Both the position numbers and the translations under genes were made by a program. DNA of 24,273 bases, from positions 1-24,273 of the forward strand of contig CAWEJX010000003.1 of the NCBI GenBank assembly GCA_963809485.1. The letters are read 5' to 3'. Shown here piece by piece: positions 15,842 to 24,273 of this stretch. Below the pieces are notes generated by a model. That model worked only from the letters and a program-made list of their open reading frames with translations. It made no database searches and was not told the origin of the DNA. Positions within the stretch are counted from its first letter, which is position 1; the number at the start of each line of letters is the position of its first letter. The DNA is from an uncultured Acidobacteriota bacterium. Lineage in GTDB: Bacteria; Acidobacteriota; UBA6911.

Positions 15842-18800
15842 ATGAAGCCGGAGCGCTGGGAGCAAATCGAGAAGCTCTATAACGCGGCCATGGAACACGA
15901 ACCGGCGCGGCGAGCGGAGTTCCTTGCCGAAGCCTGCGCCGGCAATGCCTCGCTGCGCCGCGAGGTGGAGTCGCTGCTGGAGCAGGGCGACAAGGAAGGC
16001 AGCTTCATCGAAGTCCCGGCGATGGAGAAGGTCGCCCGGGATCTCGCTCCCGGTCCCGAACCGGTGCAGGGCGTGGACGAGGCGTTGCGCAGACGTGCTC
16101 CCTGGTGGATATATGCCCTCGGTGTTGTCTTCCTTGTTATCGCTGCCGTGCGCTATTACGCCTATCTCATGGCGCCTGAAGAACCGGGCACCGCGATTCA
16201 GCCAATTTTGGATAGGGGCGGCAAAGCTACGGGCCTACGGCTTGTATCGGTACAACCCAATTCTCCGGCGAAGAAAGCCGGGCTCAAGGCCGGGGATATC
16301 ATCCTGGACTCAAGCGGTTTTTGGAATATATCCAATCAGGACAAATCCGGTGTCCCTTACTGGCAAACAGGCCACGCCTACCGCATCGACGTCGAGCGCG
16401 AGGGTCAGAGGAAAACGGTTTTCCTGACGCTGGGCAGAAGTCATTCCCTCAATTGGGCTACCGCACACAGTTTTGTAGTTCATCATGGCCTCGCCCTCGT
16501 CCTGGTTTTAGCAATCATTGTCGTATGGATTAGGCCCTTTGATCTTACAGCAAGATGGGGTGCACTTCTTCTCTCGACCATTTCATTTGCCTGGCCCATT
16601 ATGGCTATACCAGGCGCGGGCATTACTCTCCAGAAATTTCCTCTGATGGTTCAGTGGATGACGGTGCTCATTCCCTGGATACTCAGAGGACTAACCGTGT
16701 ATGCGGCTTTAACCTTTGTATGTCTTTTTCCGCGCCGCCTGTTTCACCGGTTCTGGGTTTGGGGGCTGATCTGGATTCCAGCTTTGGTTGTGATGGCGCT
16801 CGTTGTTTTTGGTGATCTACCCCCCCTCTACTCGTTTCTCAAATGGTGGCCGGACTGGTATATCAACCTTGTCCTTGTTCTCCTCTTTCTTAGTTATTGC
16901 AGTATTGCAGCTGTAATAGTCGTGAACTATTGGCGCCTCAAGGAGATCAACGAGCGTCGGCGCGTCCGTATCGTTTTAGCAGGTCTTGCCATCGCCGGCA
17001 TTGGCGTACTGCCCGCCGCCACCGTAACATTTCTAGGCAGCATAGCGCCCAGGCTGGCTCAGTTTCATTACGGAGTGCCTGTTTATATACGATTTCCGCT
17101 TGCTTGGCTTGGTCTGGCATTTCCTATCTCGATAGCATATGCCATCCTGCGCCACCGGCTCTTTGACATCCGCGTGATGATCCGGCTGGGAGTGAAGTAC
17201 GCTGCCGCCCGCGGCGTGCTGCTCTCACTTGTTCCTGTCATTGGCGCCTTGTTCGTGGGCGATCTGTTCCTCCACCGCGCCCAGCCGCTCGCTGACATCA
17301 TGAGCCGGCGCGTCTGGCTTTATGCGCTGCTGGCCGCCGGAGCATTCCTGTTGCATTATCGCCAACGGATGTGGCTCGATGCTCTCGACCGCCGCTTCTT
17401 CCGCGAGCATTACGACGCCCAGCGTATCCTGCGTGCCGTAGTCGACGAGATCTGCCAATCCCCCGACTTCGAGAAAGTCGCCCCGCGCGTGGTCACGAAA
17501 GTCGAAAGCGCCCTCCATCCCGAGTTCGCAGCCCTTCTCATGCGTCCACCCGGAGAGCCCAAATATCGGGTTCTCTCTTCCAGCGGAAACGCCCCTCCCT
17601 CCATTCCGGCCGACAGCAAACTGATAGGGATGGCTCGCCTCCTCGGGAAGCCCCTCGAGGTCTCGCCCAGCCAGTCCGGCTGGCTCCGCCAATTGCCCCA
17701 GCAGGAAATCCGTCTGTTGCAGCAGGCGCGCGTTGAATGGCTGTTCCCTGTCTCCCTGTCTGAAGGCCAGACCGAGGCTCTGCTCGTGATGGGACCCAAA
17801 AAGTCCGAAGAGCCTTACTCCTGGGAAGACCAGGAACTATTGCAGGGGATCACCGGCAGTCTTGCCCTCCTGCTGGAACAAACTTCACTTAGAGGCTTCG
17901 AAGTGTGTCCGGAATGCGGAACCTGCTACGACACCGGATCCGGCAAGTGCCGCAAAGAAGGAGCGGATCTCACACCGCTCTCCTTCCCGCGGTTACTGGC
18001 CCATCGCTATCGATTCGAAAAACGCCTGGGCGAGGGCGGCATGGGAATGGTCTATGAGTCACTCGACACTCAGCTCGGACGCCATGTCGCCGTTAAACTC
18101 ATCCGGCCCGACCTGACATCGAGCACCGAAGCCGTCACGCGATTCAGGCGGGAAGCAAAGACGGTCGCAAGCTTTTCCCACCCGAACGTCGTCACCGTCT
18201 ATGATTTCGGCGTCGCCGACGACCAGCGCGCCTACCTAGTCATGGAACTGCTGCAAGGCTCGACTCTGCGGCAGGAATTGAACCGGCATGGCCACCTGCC
18301 GCCTTCTCGGGCCTCGGAGATCTTCAACGGCGTATGTGCTGCCGTCGACGCCGCCCATCGCCTCCGGCTGTTACACCGGGACCTCAAGCCTGAAAACATC
18401 TTTCTCTCAAACTCTGAAACAACCGAGATCGTGAAGATCCTCGATTTTGGAGTCGCGAAACCTCTTGCTGCAACGGATTCAACCCGTTCAAGTCAGACCG
18501 GAGCTGGAATACTGCTGGGCACCTTGAAATACATGTCGCCGGAGGAACTGCGCGGAGGCAAGCCGGCCGAAAGCTGGGATGTTTGGGCACTGGCAGTCGT
18601 GGCTTACGAAATGCTGACGGGCATCCATCCCTTTGACGGCTCCACATCACTGGACATAAGCAACCGGATATTGGCGAGACAAGTGATGCCTTTGCGGACC
18701 CATTTCCCTGAAGCCCCGCCAAGCTGGCAGAGCTTTTTTGACAGGGCTCTCGCCGCAAACGTCGATATACGGCCCGTGTCCGCACCCCAGCTTTATTCGG

Positions 18801-18844
18801 AATTCCGGGAAAGCGTCGAAAACATTACGATAGCACTCCAATAA
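15842..18844 (+). CDS. Membrane Hanks-type Ser/Thr kinase 2, paralogue of kinase 1
   Basis: Same architecture: MKPERWEQIEKLY..., PDZ-like VQPNSPAKKAGLKAGDII, multiple TM helices, CPECGTC, and intact kinase motifs. Confidence 0.92.
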   Translation: MKPERWEQIEKLYNAAMEHEPARRAEFLAEACAGNASLRREVESLLEQGDKEGSFIEVPAMEKVARDLAPGPEPVQGVDEALRRRAPWWIYALGVVFLVIAAVRYYAYLMAPEEPGTAIQPILDRGGKATGLRLVSVQPNSPAKKAGLKAGDIILDSSGFWNISNQDKSGVPYWQTGHAYRIDVEREGQRKTVFLTLGRSHSLNWATAHSFVVHHGLALVLVLAIIVVWIRPFDLTARWGALLLSTISFAWPIMAIPGAGITLQKFPLMVQWMTVLIPWILRGLTVYAALTFVCLFPRRLFHRFWVWGLIWIPALVVMALVVFGDLPPLYSFLKWWPDWYINLVLVLLFLSYCSIAAVIVVNYWRLKEINERRRVRIVLAGLAIAGIGVLPAATVTFLGSIAPRLAQFHYGVPVYIRFPLAWLGLAFPISIAYAILRHRLFDIRVMIRLGVKYAAARGVLLSLVPVIGALFVGDLFLHRAQPLADIMSRRVWLYALLAAGAFLLHYRQRMWLDALDRRFFREHYDAQRILRAVVDEICQSPDFEKVAPRVVTKVESALHPEFAALLMRPPGEPKYRVLSSSGNAPPSIPADSKLIGMARLLGKPLEVSPSQSGWLRQLPQQEIRLLQQARVEWLFPVSLSEGQTEALLVMGPKKSEEPYSWEDQELLQGITGSLALLLEQTSLRGFEVCPECGTCYDTGSGKCRKEGADLTPLSFPRLLAHRYRFEKRLGEGGMGMVYESLDTQLGRHVAVKLIRPDLTSSTEAVTRFRREAKTVASFSHPNVVTVYDFGVADDQRAYLVMELLQGSTLRQELNRHGHLPPSRASEIFNGVCAAVDAAHRLRLLHRDLKPENIFLSNSETTEIVKILDFGVAKPLAATDSTRSSQTGAGILLGTLKYMSPEELRGGKPAESWDVWALAVVAYEMLTGIHPFDGSTSLDISNRILARQVMPLRTHFPEAPPSWQSFFDRALAANVDIRPVSAPQLYSEFRESVENITIALQ
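17116..18754 (+). repeat. Near-identical duplicated block (copy 2 of 10834-12472)
   Basis: Same sequence as copy 1 with scattered substitutions at offset 6282. Confidence 0.9.
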
Positions 18845-18856
18845 TGGGGTGGGCTT

Positions 18857-19175
18857 ATGAGAGCGAACCCGTCAAATACTGGGTTTCGTGTCCCTCTCGG
18901 ATTGCTCCGCGATAGTGCTTCTTTCTCCCGTTGCGCACGCACAGACCAGCCGCGGCACGGTATCCGGCACAGTGTCGGACATCTCAGGCGCGGTCATTTT
19001 TGGCATCGCCATCGAGCTCTCCAATGTCAACACCGGCATCGTGAGAACCACCGTGACCAATCCTTCGAAGATATACCGGCTCCATGCAGTAGACCTTGGC
19101 ACATACAGGATAAAGATCAGCATGCAGGGCCTTAAGGGATTGCCTTTACTGTCGTTACCATCGAATAGCCAGTGC
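18857..19175 (+). pseudogene. Truncated, frameshifted 5' fragment of a second TonB-dependent receptor
   Basis: AQTSRGTVSGTVSDISG...IYRLHAVDLGTYRIKISMQGLK aligns with the N-terminus of the 12577 receptor. ATG 18857 is one base out of frame (extra C near 18908). Similarity is lost by about 19175. Confidence 0.8.
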
Positions 19176-19181
19176 AGCAAG

Positions 19182-19274
19182 TGCTTCTTTGACCGGGCCC
19201 TTGCCCTCAATATTGAGTCGCTTCCCGCATCCCCGCTCGAACTCTATGTCAAATTGCGGGCCAGCGCGGGATAA
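19182..19274 (+). pseudogene. 3' remnant of a third kinase paralogue
   Basis: CFFDRALALNIESLPASPLELYVKLRASAG* aligns without gaps to the C-termini of kinase 1 (HFFDRALAVEVEVRPASALGL) and kinase 2 (SFFDRALAANVDIRPVSAPQLY), with 14 of 30 identities to each by hand count. Confidence 0.8.
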
Positions 19275-19382
19275 ATATCAGGGTTGGTCAGCGCTTTTTC
19301 GGCCTGTGTCAGCGTTCTGTGATCCTGGAGCTGTCAAACTCTGTGAGTCCCCTAACAGAGCTGGGGATCACCTATTTAATTA

Positions 19383-19961
19383 TCAGGATTTTGCGCTTCC
19401 CTTGATTTCCCGCATCAAAAAGGCTCTGGCCAGCCTCCAGTCGCGCATAACGCTCTGAGGGGAGATCTTCAAAACATCCGCAGTCTCTTCCACGCTCAAC
19501 CCGCCGAAGAAGCGCAATTCGATGACCTGTGCCTTTCGGGGATCCACTTTCGATAAAACCTTCAACGCCTCATCAATAGAGACCAGTTCATGAGCCCGCT
19601 CTGAGGAAATTTCGGGAACGTCGTCGAGGTTGACTCGAGGCGAGCGGGCGCCGCGCTTGACGGAGGTGCGCGCCCGGGCTGCGTCTACCAAAATCCGCCG
19701 CATCATCTGTGCCGAGATGGCGAAAAAATGGGCCCGGTCATGCCAATCCACCCGGGTCACATCCACCAGTCGCATATAGGCCTCATGAACCAGGGCCGTG
19801 GTCTGGAGTGTCTGGCCCGGGCGTTCGCGCCGCATATACCCCCTGGCCATGCGGCGAAGCTCTGCGTAGACCAGGGGCGTGAGCTGATCCAGCGCGGATT
19901 GATCTCCGCCGGCCCAAGCCCGCAGCAGACCCGTGATTTCGGCTGACGGCAGGGGATGCAT
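19383..19961 (-). CDS. ECF sigma factor of the kinase-associated ECF43/TIGR02999 type
   Basis: ITGLLRAWAGGD...VYAELRRMA...TLQTTALVHEAYMRL, DRAHFFAI, ELRFFGGLSVEETA...RDWRLARAFL; GGAG RBS at 19971-19968. Confidence 0.93.
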   Translation of the reverse strand: MHPLPSAEITGLLRAWAGGDQSALDQLTPLVYAELRRMARGYMRRERPGQTLQTTALVHEAYMRLVDVTRVDWHDRAHFFAISAQMMRRILVDAARARTSVKRGARSPRVNLDDVPEISSERAHELVSIDEALKVLSKVDPRKAQVIELRFFGGLSVEETADVLKISPQSVMRDWRLARAFLMREIKGSAKS

Positions 19962-19981
19962 ATGCTGCTCCAGGTCAGAAG

Positions 19982-19987
19982 ATTATA
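19982..19987 (-). promoter_or_regulatory. Candidate -10 box (TATAAT) for the ECF sigma gene
   Basis: Perfect TATAAT on the minus strand about 20 nt upstream of the start codon; no convincing -35. Confidence 0.35.
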
Positions 19988-20079
19988 TACCCCAAAGATA
20001 ATACAAAAAACATCTGCAGGCCGTTGTAGTTCCGTCCCGCCACTTCCGCTTACCGAAGCAGAGGCAGCGGGAGGGAGCA

Positions 20080-20694
20080 ATGAAGATCAACAAGATGATA
20101 GCAATGGCGGTATTGGCAGGAACCTTCGCCCGTGCGGAGGATAAAATGGGAATCGCGGAGCGCGGGGTGACAATCTGTGTTGAAACCCGGGCAACACCGG
20201 AAGCCGGTCTCGCTCAGGTAATCGCCGAAAAAATGTTCTTAAATATAGGCATAAAAACTATTTGGAAGGATGGGCGTGCTTGTCCGGCAACCGCCGACGG
20301 CATGGTTCACATCACCCTGGTAACGAAAAGAAGCAAAACTCACTATCGTCCAGGCGTGCTTGCTTTTGCCCTTCCCTTCGAAGGAGTCCATATCCATGTG
20401 TTTGTCGACCGCCTGCGGAAGATGGTTGATCCCAATAATATGCCATCCTTTCTGGCGCATGTCCTGGCTCATGAAATCACTCACATTCTGCAGGGAACCA
20501 ACGGGCACTCCGAGGAGGGTGTCATGAAGGCAAACTGGAGCGCGAAGGACCTGGTGGATATGAGGTTCAAGCCCCTCGACTTTACAGTGCAGGATGTTTC
20601 CATGATTCTCTCAGGCCTGGAGGCATGGGCATTGCGCTCAGCAAGACCAAATCCACAGATGGCTCTTCAACAAAATTCCCAAGACGGCAATTGA
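20080..20694 (+). CDS. Secreted hypothetical protein with a zinc-metallopeptidase-like motif
   Basis: Signal peptide (MKINKMIAMAVLAGTFARA); LAHEITHILQGTNGH...GVM (HExxH, third His, possible Met-turn); GGGAG RBS. Confidence 0.75.
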   Translation: MKINKMIAMAVLAGTFARAEDKMGIAERGVTICVETRATPEAGLAQVIAEKMFLNIGIKTIWKDGRACPATADGMVHITLVTKRSKTHYRPGVLAFALPFEGVHIHVFVDRLRKMVDPNNMPSFLAHVLAHEITHILQGTNGHSEEGVMKANWSAKDLVDMRFKPLDFTVQDVSMILSGLEAWALRSARPNPQMALQQNSQDGN

Positions 20695-20970
20695 TAGCGG
20701 TCCGTGTCCCAATCCGCTCGTGGATGAAAACTGGTCACCGCGGAAGCACCGCGATCTAGGCGATGCGTGGAGAACATAAATCGTATTGGTCCCTGTATAC
20801 TCCGCTCCCCAATCAAGCTATTGCGTCCCCGACAACAAAAATGCAGCCCATAATGAGAGATCTCATGCAGATCCCGAATTCGGCATCCAGGCATTTCGCA
20901 GCTGTCTTCGCTTTTTTTTATTGCCTGATCCTCAAGTTGTATTAGTCTTGTTGCCCGGGATGGAGGTTCG

Positions 20971-22740
20971 ATGGCGGCTCTGCTGAGACTTTTCCGATTC
21001 CTGCAAAACTCCACAGGCGCGCTCGTTGTCTCATTCATCCTTCTTATGGCCTCTACGGGCCTTGGGCTGGTTCAGCCCCGGCTGATCGAGTACGCCATCG
21101 ATAACGGCATCAAGCCCGGAATTGTTTCCGCCGTCGTCTGGGGCGCATCGGGCATCATCCTCACGGCCCTGCTTGCGGCTGCCCTCAACATGGCTTCCGG
21201 CTACACGCTGATCAAGTCCTCTCAATCCATGGGCTACGAAATGCGCAACGCCCTGTATCGCAAGGTCATGAGCTTCTCTTTCGAGAACCTGGACCGCTGG
21301 CGAACCGGGGAGTTGATGGTGCGCCTGAATTCCGATGTCAATACCATCCGTATGTTTGTACGCATGGGTGTCTTCAGCATCGTGCAGTCCGTCATCATGA
21401 TCATCGGGGCTGTCATCGCCATGTACCTGACAGATCCGGGACTGGCGCATATCATGGCAGCCTTTATGCCCCTGACCCTGGTCCTGTTCTTCGCCGTGGC
21501 CGCCCTCATACGCCCCCTTTTCATGAAAACCAGGACTGCTCTCGATGAGTTGAACAATACCCTCCAGGAAAACCTCGCAGGCGCCAAGATCGTCCGCGCC
21601 TTCGCGCGCCAGGCTCAGGAACAGGAGAAGTTCGGCCTCCGCAACAGGAATTTCTTCGATATCAGCCTGAACGTAGGCTATAAGCTGTCCCTGTTCTTCC
21701 CCTTATTTTTTCTGATTGCACAGCTCGCAACGCTTATTGTCCTGTGGTCGGGCGGGACGACGATCATCGAGGATGCAGTCGGCGGCGCGGCCGGGAACCT
21801 TACGCTGGGCAAGCTGGTCGCTTTCAACAACTATGCCACCATGGCCATGTTCCCCCTCCTGATGTTGGGGATGGTGCTGAATTTCATCAGCATGGCGATG
21901 GCATCGGCTGTCCGTCTGGACGGCTTGTTCCGTGAAAAGCCGAGCGTCGAGGAAAGACAGGGCGCACGCAGCCTTTCCTCCCTGAAAGGAAAGATTGAAT
22001 TCCGGAACGTATCTTTCCGCTACGGAGAGGGAGAAAAAGCCCTTAGCAATATCAACCTCCTCATAAAGCCCGGAGAGAAGCTGGGAATCATCGGCACGAC
22101 GGGCGCCGGCAAATCCAGCCTGGTTAGTTTGATACCCCGTTTCTATGATCCCGAGGAAGGAAGCGTCCTGCTCGACGATGTGGACGTGAGGGATTTGACT
22201 TTCGATACCCTGCGCACACGGGTGGCGATGGTCCTGCAGGAGACGGTGCTTTTCAGCGGAACGATACGGGAAAACCTGGCGTTCAGTGCACCCCAGGCAA
22301 GCCGGTTCGAACTGGAAAGAGCCGCCATGATCGCCTGTGCCACGGAAATTATCCAGGAAAAGCCCGAGGGATGGGAGGCATCCGTAGGAGAACGCGGCGC
22401 CGGGCTTTCCGGAGGCCAGCGGCAGCGCGTCGCGATCGCCCGGGCCATAGCAGCCAAGCCGGATATAATCATACTGGACGACGTTACCTCATCCCTGGAT
22501 ATCACCACCGAACAAAGAATTGTGGAAGGGCTTTATCGCGAATTTGGGGACAGGACTGCCATCATCATCAGCCAGAAGATCACAACGATTTGCTTCGCCG
22601 ACCGGATCATAGTGATGGAAGACGGCCGAATCGTGGCAACGGGGACTCATGAGGAGCTCCTGCAATCCGATCGGACTTACCGGACAATTTTTGAGACCCA
22701 GACAGGTTCTGCGGTTGTACAAGGAGGGATCCCCGCATGA
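20971..22740 (+). CDS. ABC exporter half-transporter (TMD+NBD), degenerate-site subunit of a heterodimer (TM287-like)
   Basis: TM domain; Walker A GTTGAGKS; LSGGQ signature; Walker B ends LDD instead of LDE; switch ISQK has Q instead of H; GGAGG RBS. Confidence 0.92.
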   Translation: MAALLRLFRFLQNSTGALVVSFILLMASTGLGLVQPRLIEYAIDNGIKPGIVSAVVWGASGIILTALLAAALNMASGYTLIKSSQSMGYEMRNALYRKVMSFSFENLDRWRTGELMVRLNSDVNTIRMFVRMGVFSIVQSVIMIIGAVIAMYLTDPGLAHIMAAFMPLTLVLFFAVAALIRPLFMKTRTALDELNNTLQENLAGAKIVRAFARQAQEQEKFGLRNRNFFDISLNVGYKLSLFFPLFFLIAQLATLIVLWSGGTTIIEDAVGGAAGNLTLGKLVAFNNYATMAMFPLLMLGMVLNFISMAMASAVRLDGLFREKPSVEERQGARSLSSLKGKIEFRNVSFRYGEGEKALSNINLLIKPGEKLGIIGTTGAGKSSLVSLIPRFYDPEEGSVLLDDVDVRDLTFDTLRTRVAMVLQETVLFSGTIRENLAFSAPQASRFELERAAMIACATEIIQEKPEGWEASVGERGAGLSGGQRQRVAIARAIAAKPDIIILDDVTSSLDITTEQRIVEGLYREFGDRTAIIISQKITTICFADRIIVMEDGRIVATGTHEELLQSDRTYRTIFETQTGSAVVQGGIPA

Positions 22741-24273
22741 GCGCTTCTCAGGCCCCAGCCAGGATGCCGCCACCTCCGGCCGGACCCGGACCCGGCGGGC
22801 CGGGCCGCCCTCGCGGCCCCATGATGATGGGCCTGCGCATCGAAGCGCCGAGGGACTACCGCAGAACCCTTCAGCGCCTGCTGCGCTACTTCGGGGGCAA
22901 CAAGCCGCTGATCATCGCTTCCACAATATTCATCGCAGCCGGCACCCTGCTGCGGACGCTCGGCCCCGCTCTCATCGGCAACGCCATTAAATACGACCTG
23001 GAATTGTCCCAGAACCTGCCCGACTTCATCTACCGCATGAAAATCGTTCTGGCGACGATTTTGGGCGCTTGGATTACTGAGGCGGGCTCAGGCATTCTGA
23101 TGACCCGCCTCTCCAACAATATCGTCTACCGGATGCGTGCGGATTCCTTCGATCATATCCAGACGCTTTCCATGGCATCGTTCGACAAGCGCGGGATCGG
23201 GGATTTCATCAGCCGGATGACGAACGACATCGAGATGGTTTTTAACGCCATGAACAACGGCTTCTCCAGCCTGATAGGAGGGCTGCTGTCCATGATCACC
23301 GTCCTGGTTGCCATGTTCGTTCTTTCCATCCCGCTCTCCTTCGTGGTTTTGGCCGTTGTTCCCATAATGGCCGTGATCACGGGCATCATCGGGAAAAAGA
23401 TACCGCGGCGCCTTTCGCAAAAACCAGGAGTGGGTCGGCCGTTTGACTGCCAACATCGAAGAATCGGTTTCAGGAGTCAAGGTGATCAAAACCTTCCGGC
23501 GCGAAGAAGCCGAGTTCGCCAAATTCGAAAAAGTCAACGACGGAAGCCAGCGGGCGGGAGTGGAGGCGGAACTGATCTCCTACGCCTTCATGCCCCTGAT
23601 GAACGTCATGACCTCGCTAACACTGGGCCTCATCGTCGGGATCGGCGGCTACCTGGCAATCAACGGCGCCGGCGCGCAGGTTTCCGGCATCGGCAATGCC
23701 GCTGCCGGCGGCGTTTCCATCGGCCTCCTGACCGCCTTTATCCTGTATTCCCAGCGCTTCTTCGAACCGCTGCGCCAAATCACGCAGGTTTACAGCATGC
23801 TCCAGTCAGCCCTGGCAGGCGCGGAGCGACTGTTCGAGATGATGGATACGAAACCGGAGGTCGTCGAAAAGCCCGATGCCCTTCCCCGGAACGAACATCC
23901 GCGGCTCCGTCGAATTTCACGGCGTGTGCTTCGGCTATGAAGAAGGCAAGACAGTCGTCGAGGATATCAATTTCCGCACGCAGCCCGGCCAGGTTGTCGC
24001 AATCGTCGGTCCCACAGGGGCGGGAAAAACGACGATTATCAACCTGCTCAGCCGCTTTTACGATGTCCGGACCGGTCACATCACCATTGACGGTTACGAT
24101 ATAAGATCCATCAGGCTGGACGACCTGCGCACGAGCATGGGCGTGGTCCTGCAGGGCCTTTTTCTTTGCCACAACCATCCGTGAGAATCTGCTCTATGCC
24201 CGGCCGAATGCAACGGAAGAACAGATGATCTCCGCGGCCAGGACACGCCAACGCCCACTATTTCGTGTCGCGC
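22737..24273 (+). CDS. Partner ABC exporter half-transporter (TM288-like), frameshifted as sequenced and truncated by the window end
   Basis: ATGA overlap and AAGGAGG RBS. One protein can be rebuilt across frames: ...GKKI / RGAFRKNQ...NIEESVSG / NIRGSVEF...GPTGAGKT...VVLQ / FATTIRENL... Shifts occur near 23403, 23890, 24160 and 24246. Confidence 0.85.

Noticed and set aside
9551-18844. Diversity-generating retroelement (TR/VR) explanation for the duplicated kinase blocks
   Set aside because: No reverse transcriptase is present, both copies are inside full genes, and the differences are not visibly restricted to adenines.
20695-20970. Small ORFs and a T-run between the HExxH gene and the ABC genes
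   Set aside because: No motifs or convincing coding support, and no stable stem before the T-run.
23403-24104. C-terminal half of the 455-aa ORF 22737-24104
   Set aside because: It is out-of-frame read-through after the first frameshift; the ABC sequence continues in other frames.

Overview
Bacterial window with three blocks. (1) 420-8749: an hdrC-hdrB-hdrA-mvhD-metV-metF operon, i.e. a heterodisulfide-reductase-linked methylene-THF reductase complex with the gene order known from Moorella thermoacetica. HdrA is a 1499-aa HdrL-type fusion. mvhD is a selenoprotein gene (in-frame TGA at 6568 plus a SECIS-like hairpin) that the ORF track truncates. Four intergenic gaps in or after the operon hold long palindromes built from 7- or 9-bp tandem units of three different sequence families. 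(2) 8835-20694: a lone receiver-domain protein, then a tandem array of [PDZ/multi-TM/GAF-like/Zn-ribbon/Ser-Thr kinase]-[TonB-dependent receptor] units. The array ends in a collapsed remnant fusing a second receptor's N-terminus to the C-terminal tail of a third kinase. It is followed by a convergent ECF43/TIGR02999-type sigma factor with a QTTA motif, and a divergently transcribed secreted HExxH protein. This suggests a kinase-based trans-envelope signalling system with swappable sensor modules (inference). (3) 20971-end: a heterodimeric ABC exporter pair; the second gene has several frameshifts, probably sequence errors. The style of block 2 suggests an Acidobacteriota-like host (inference only).
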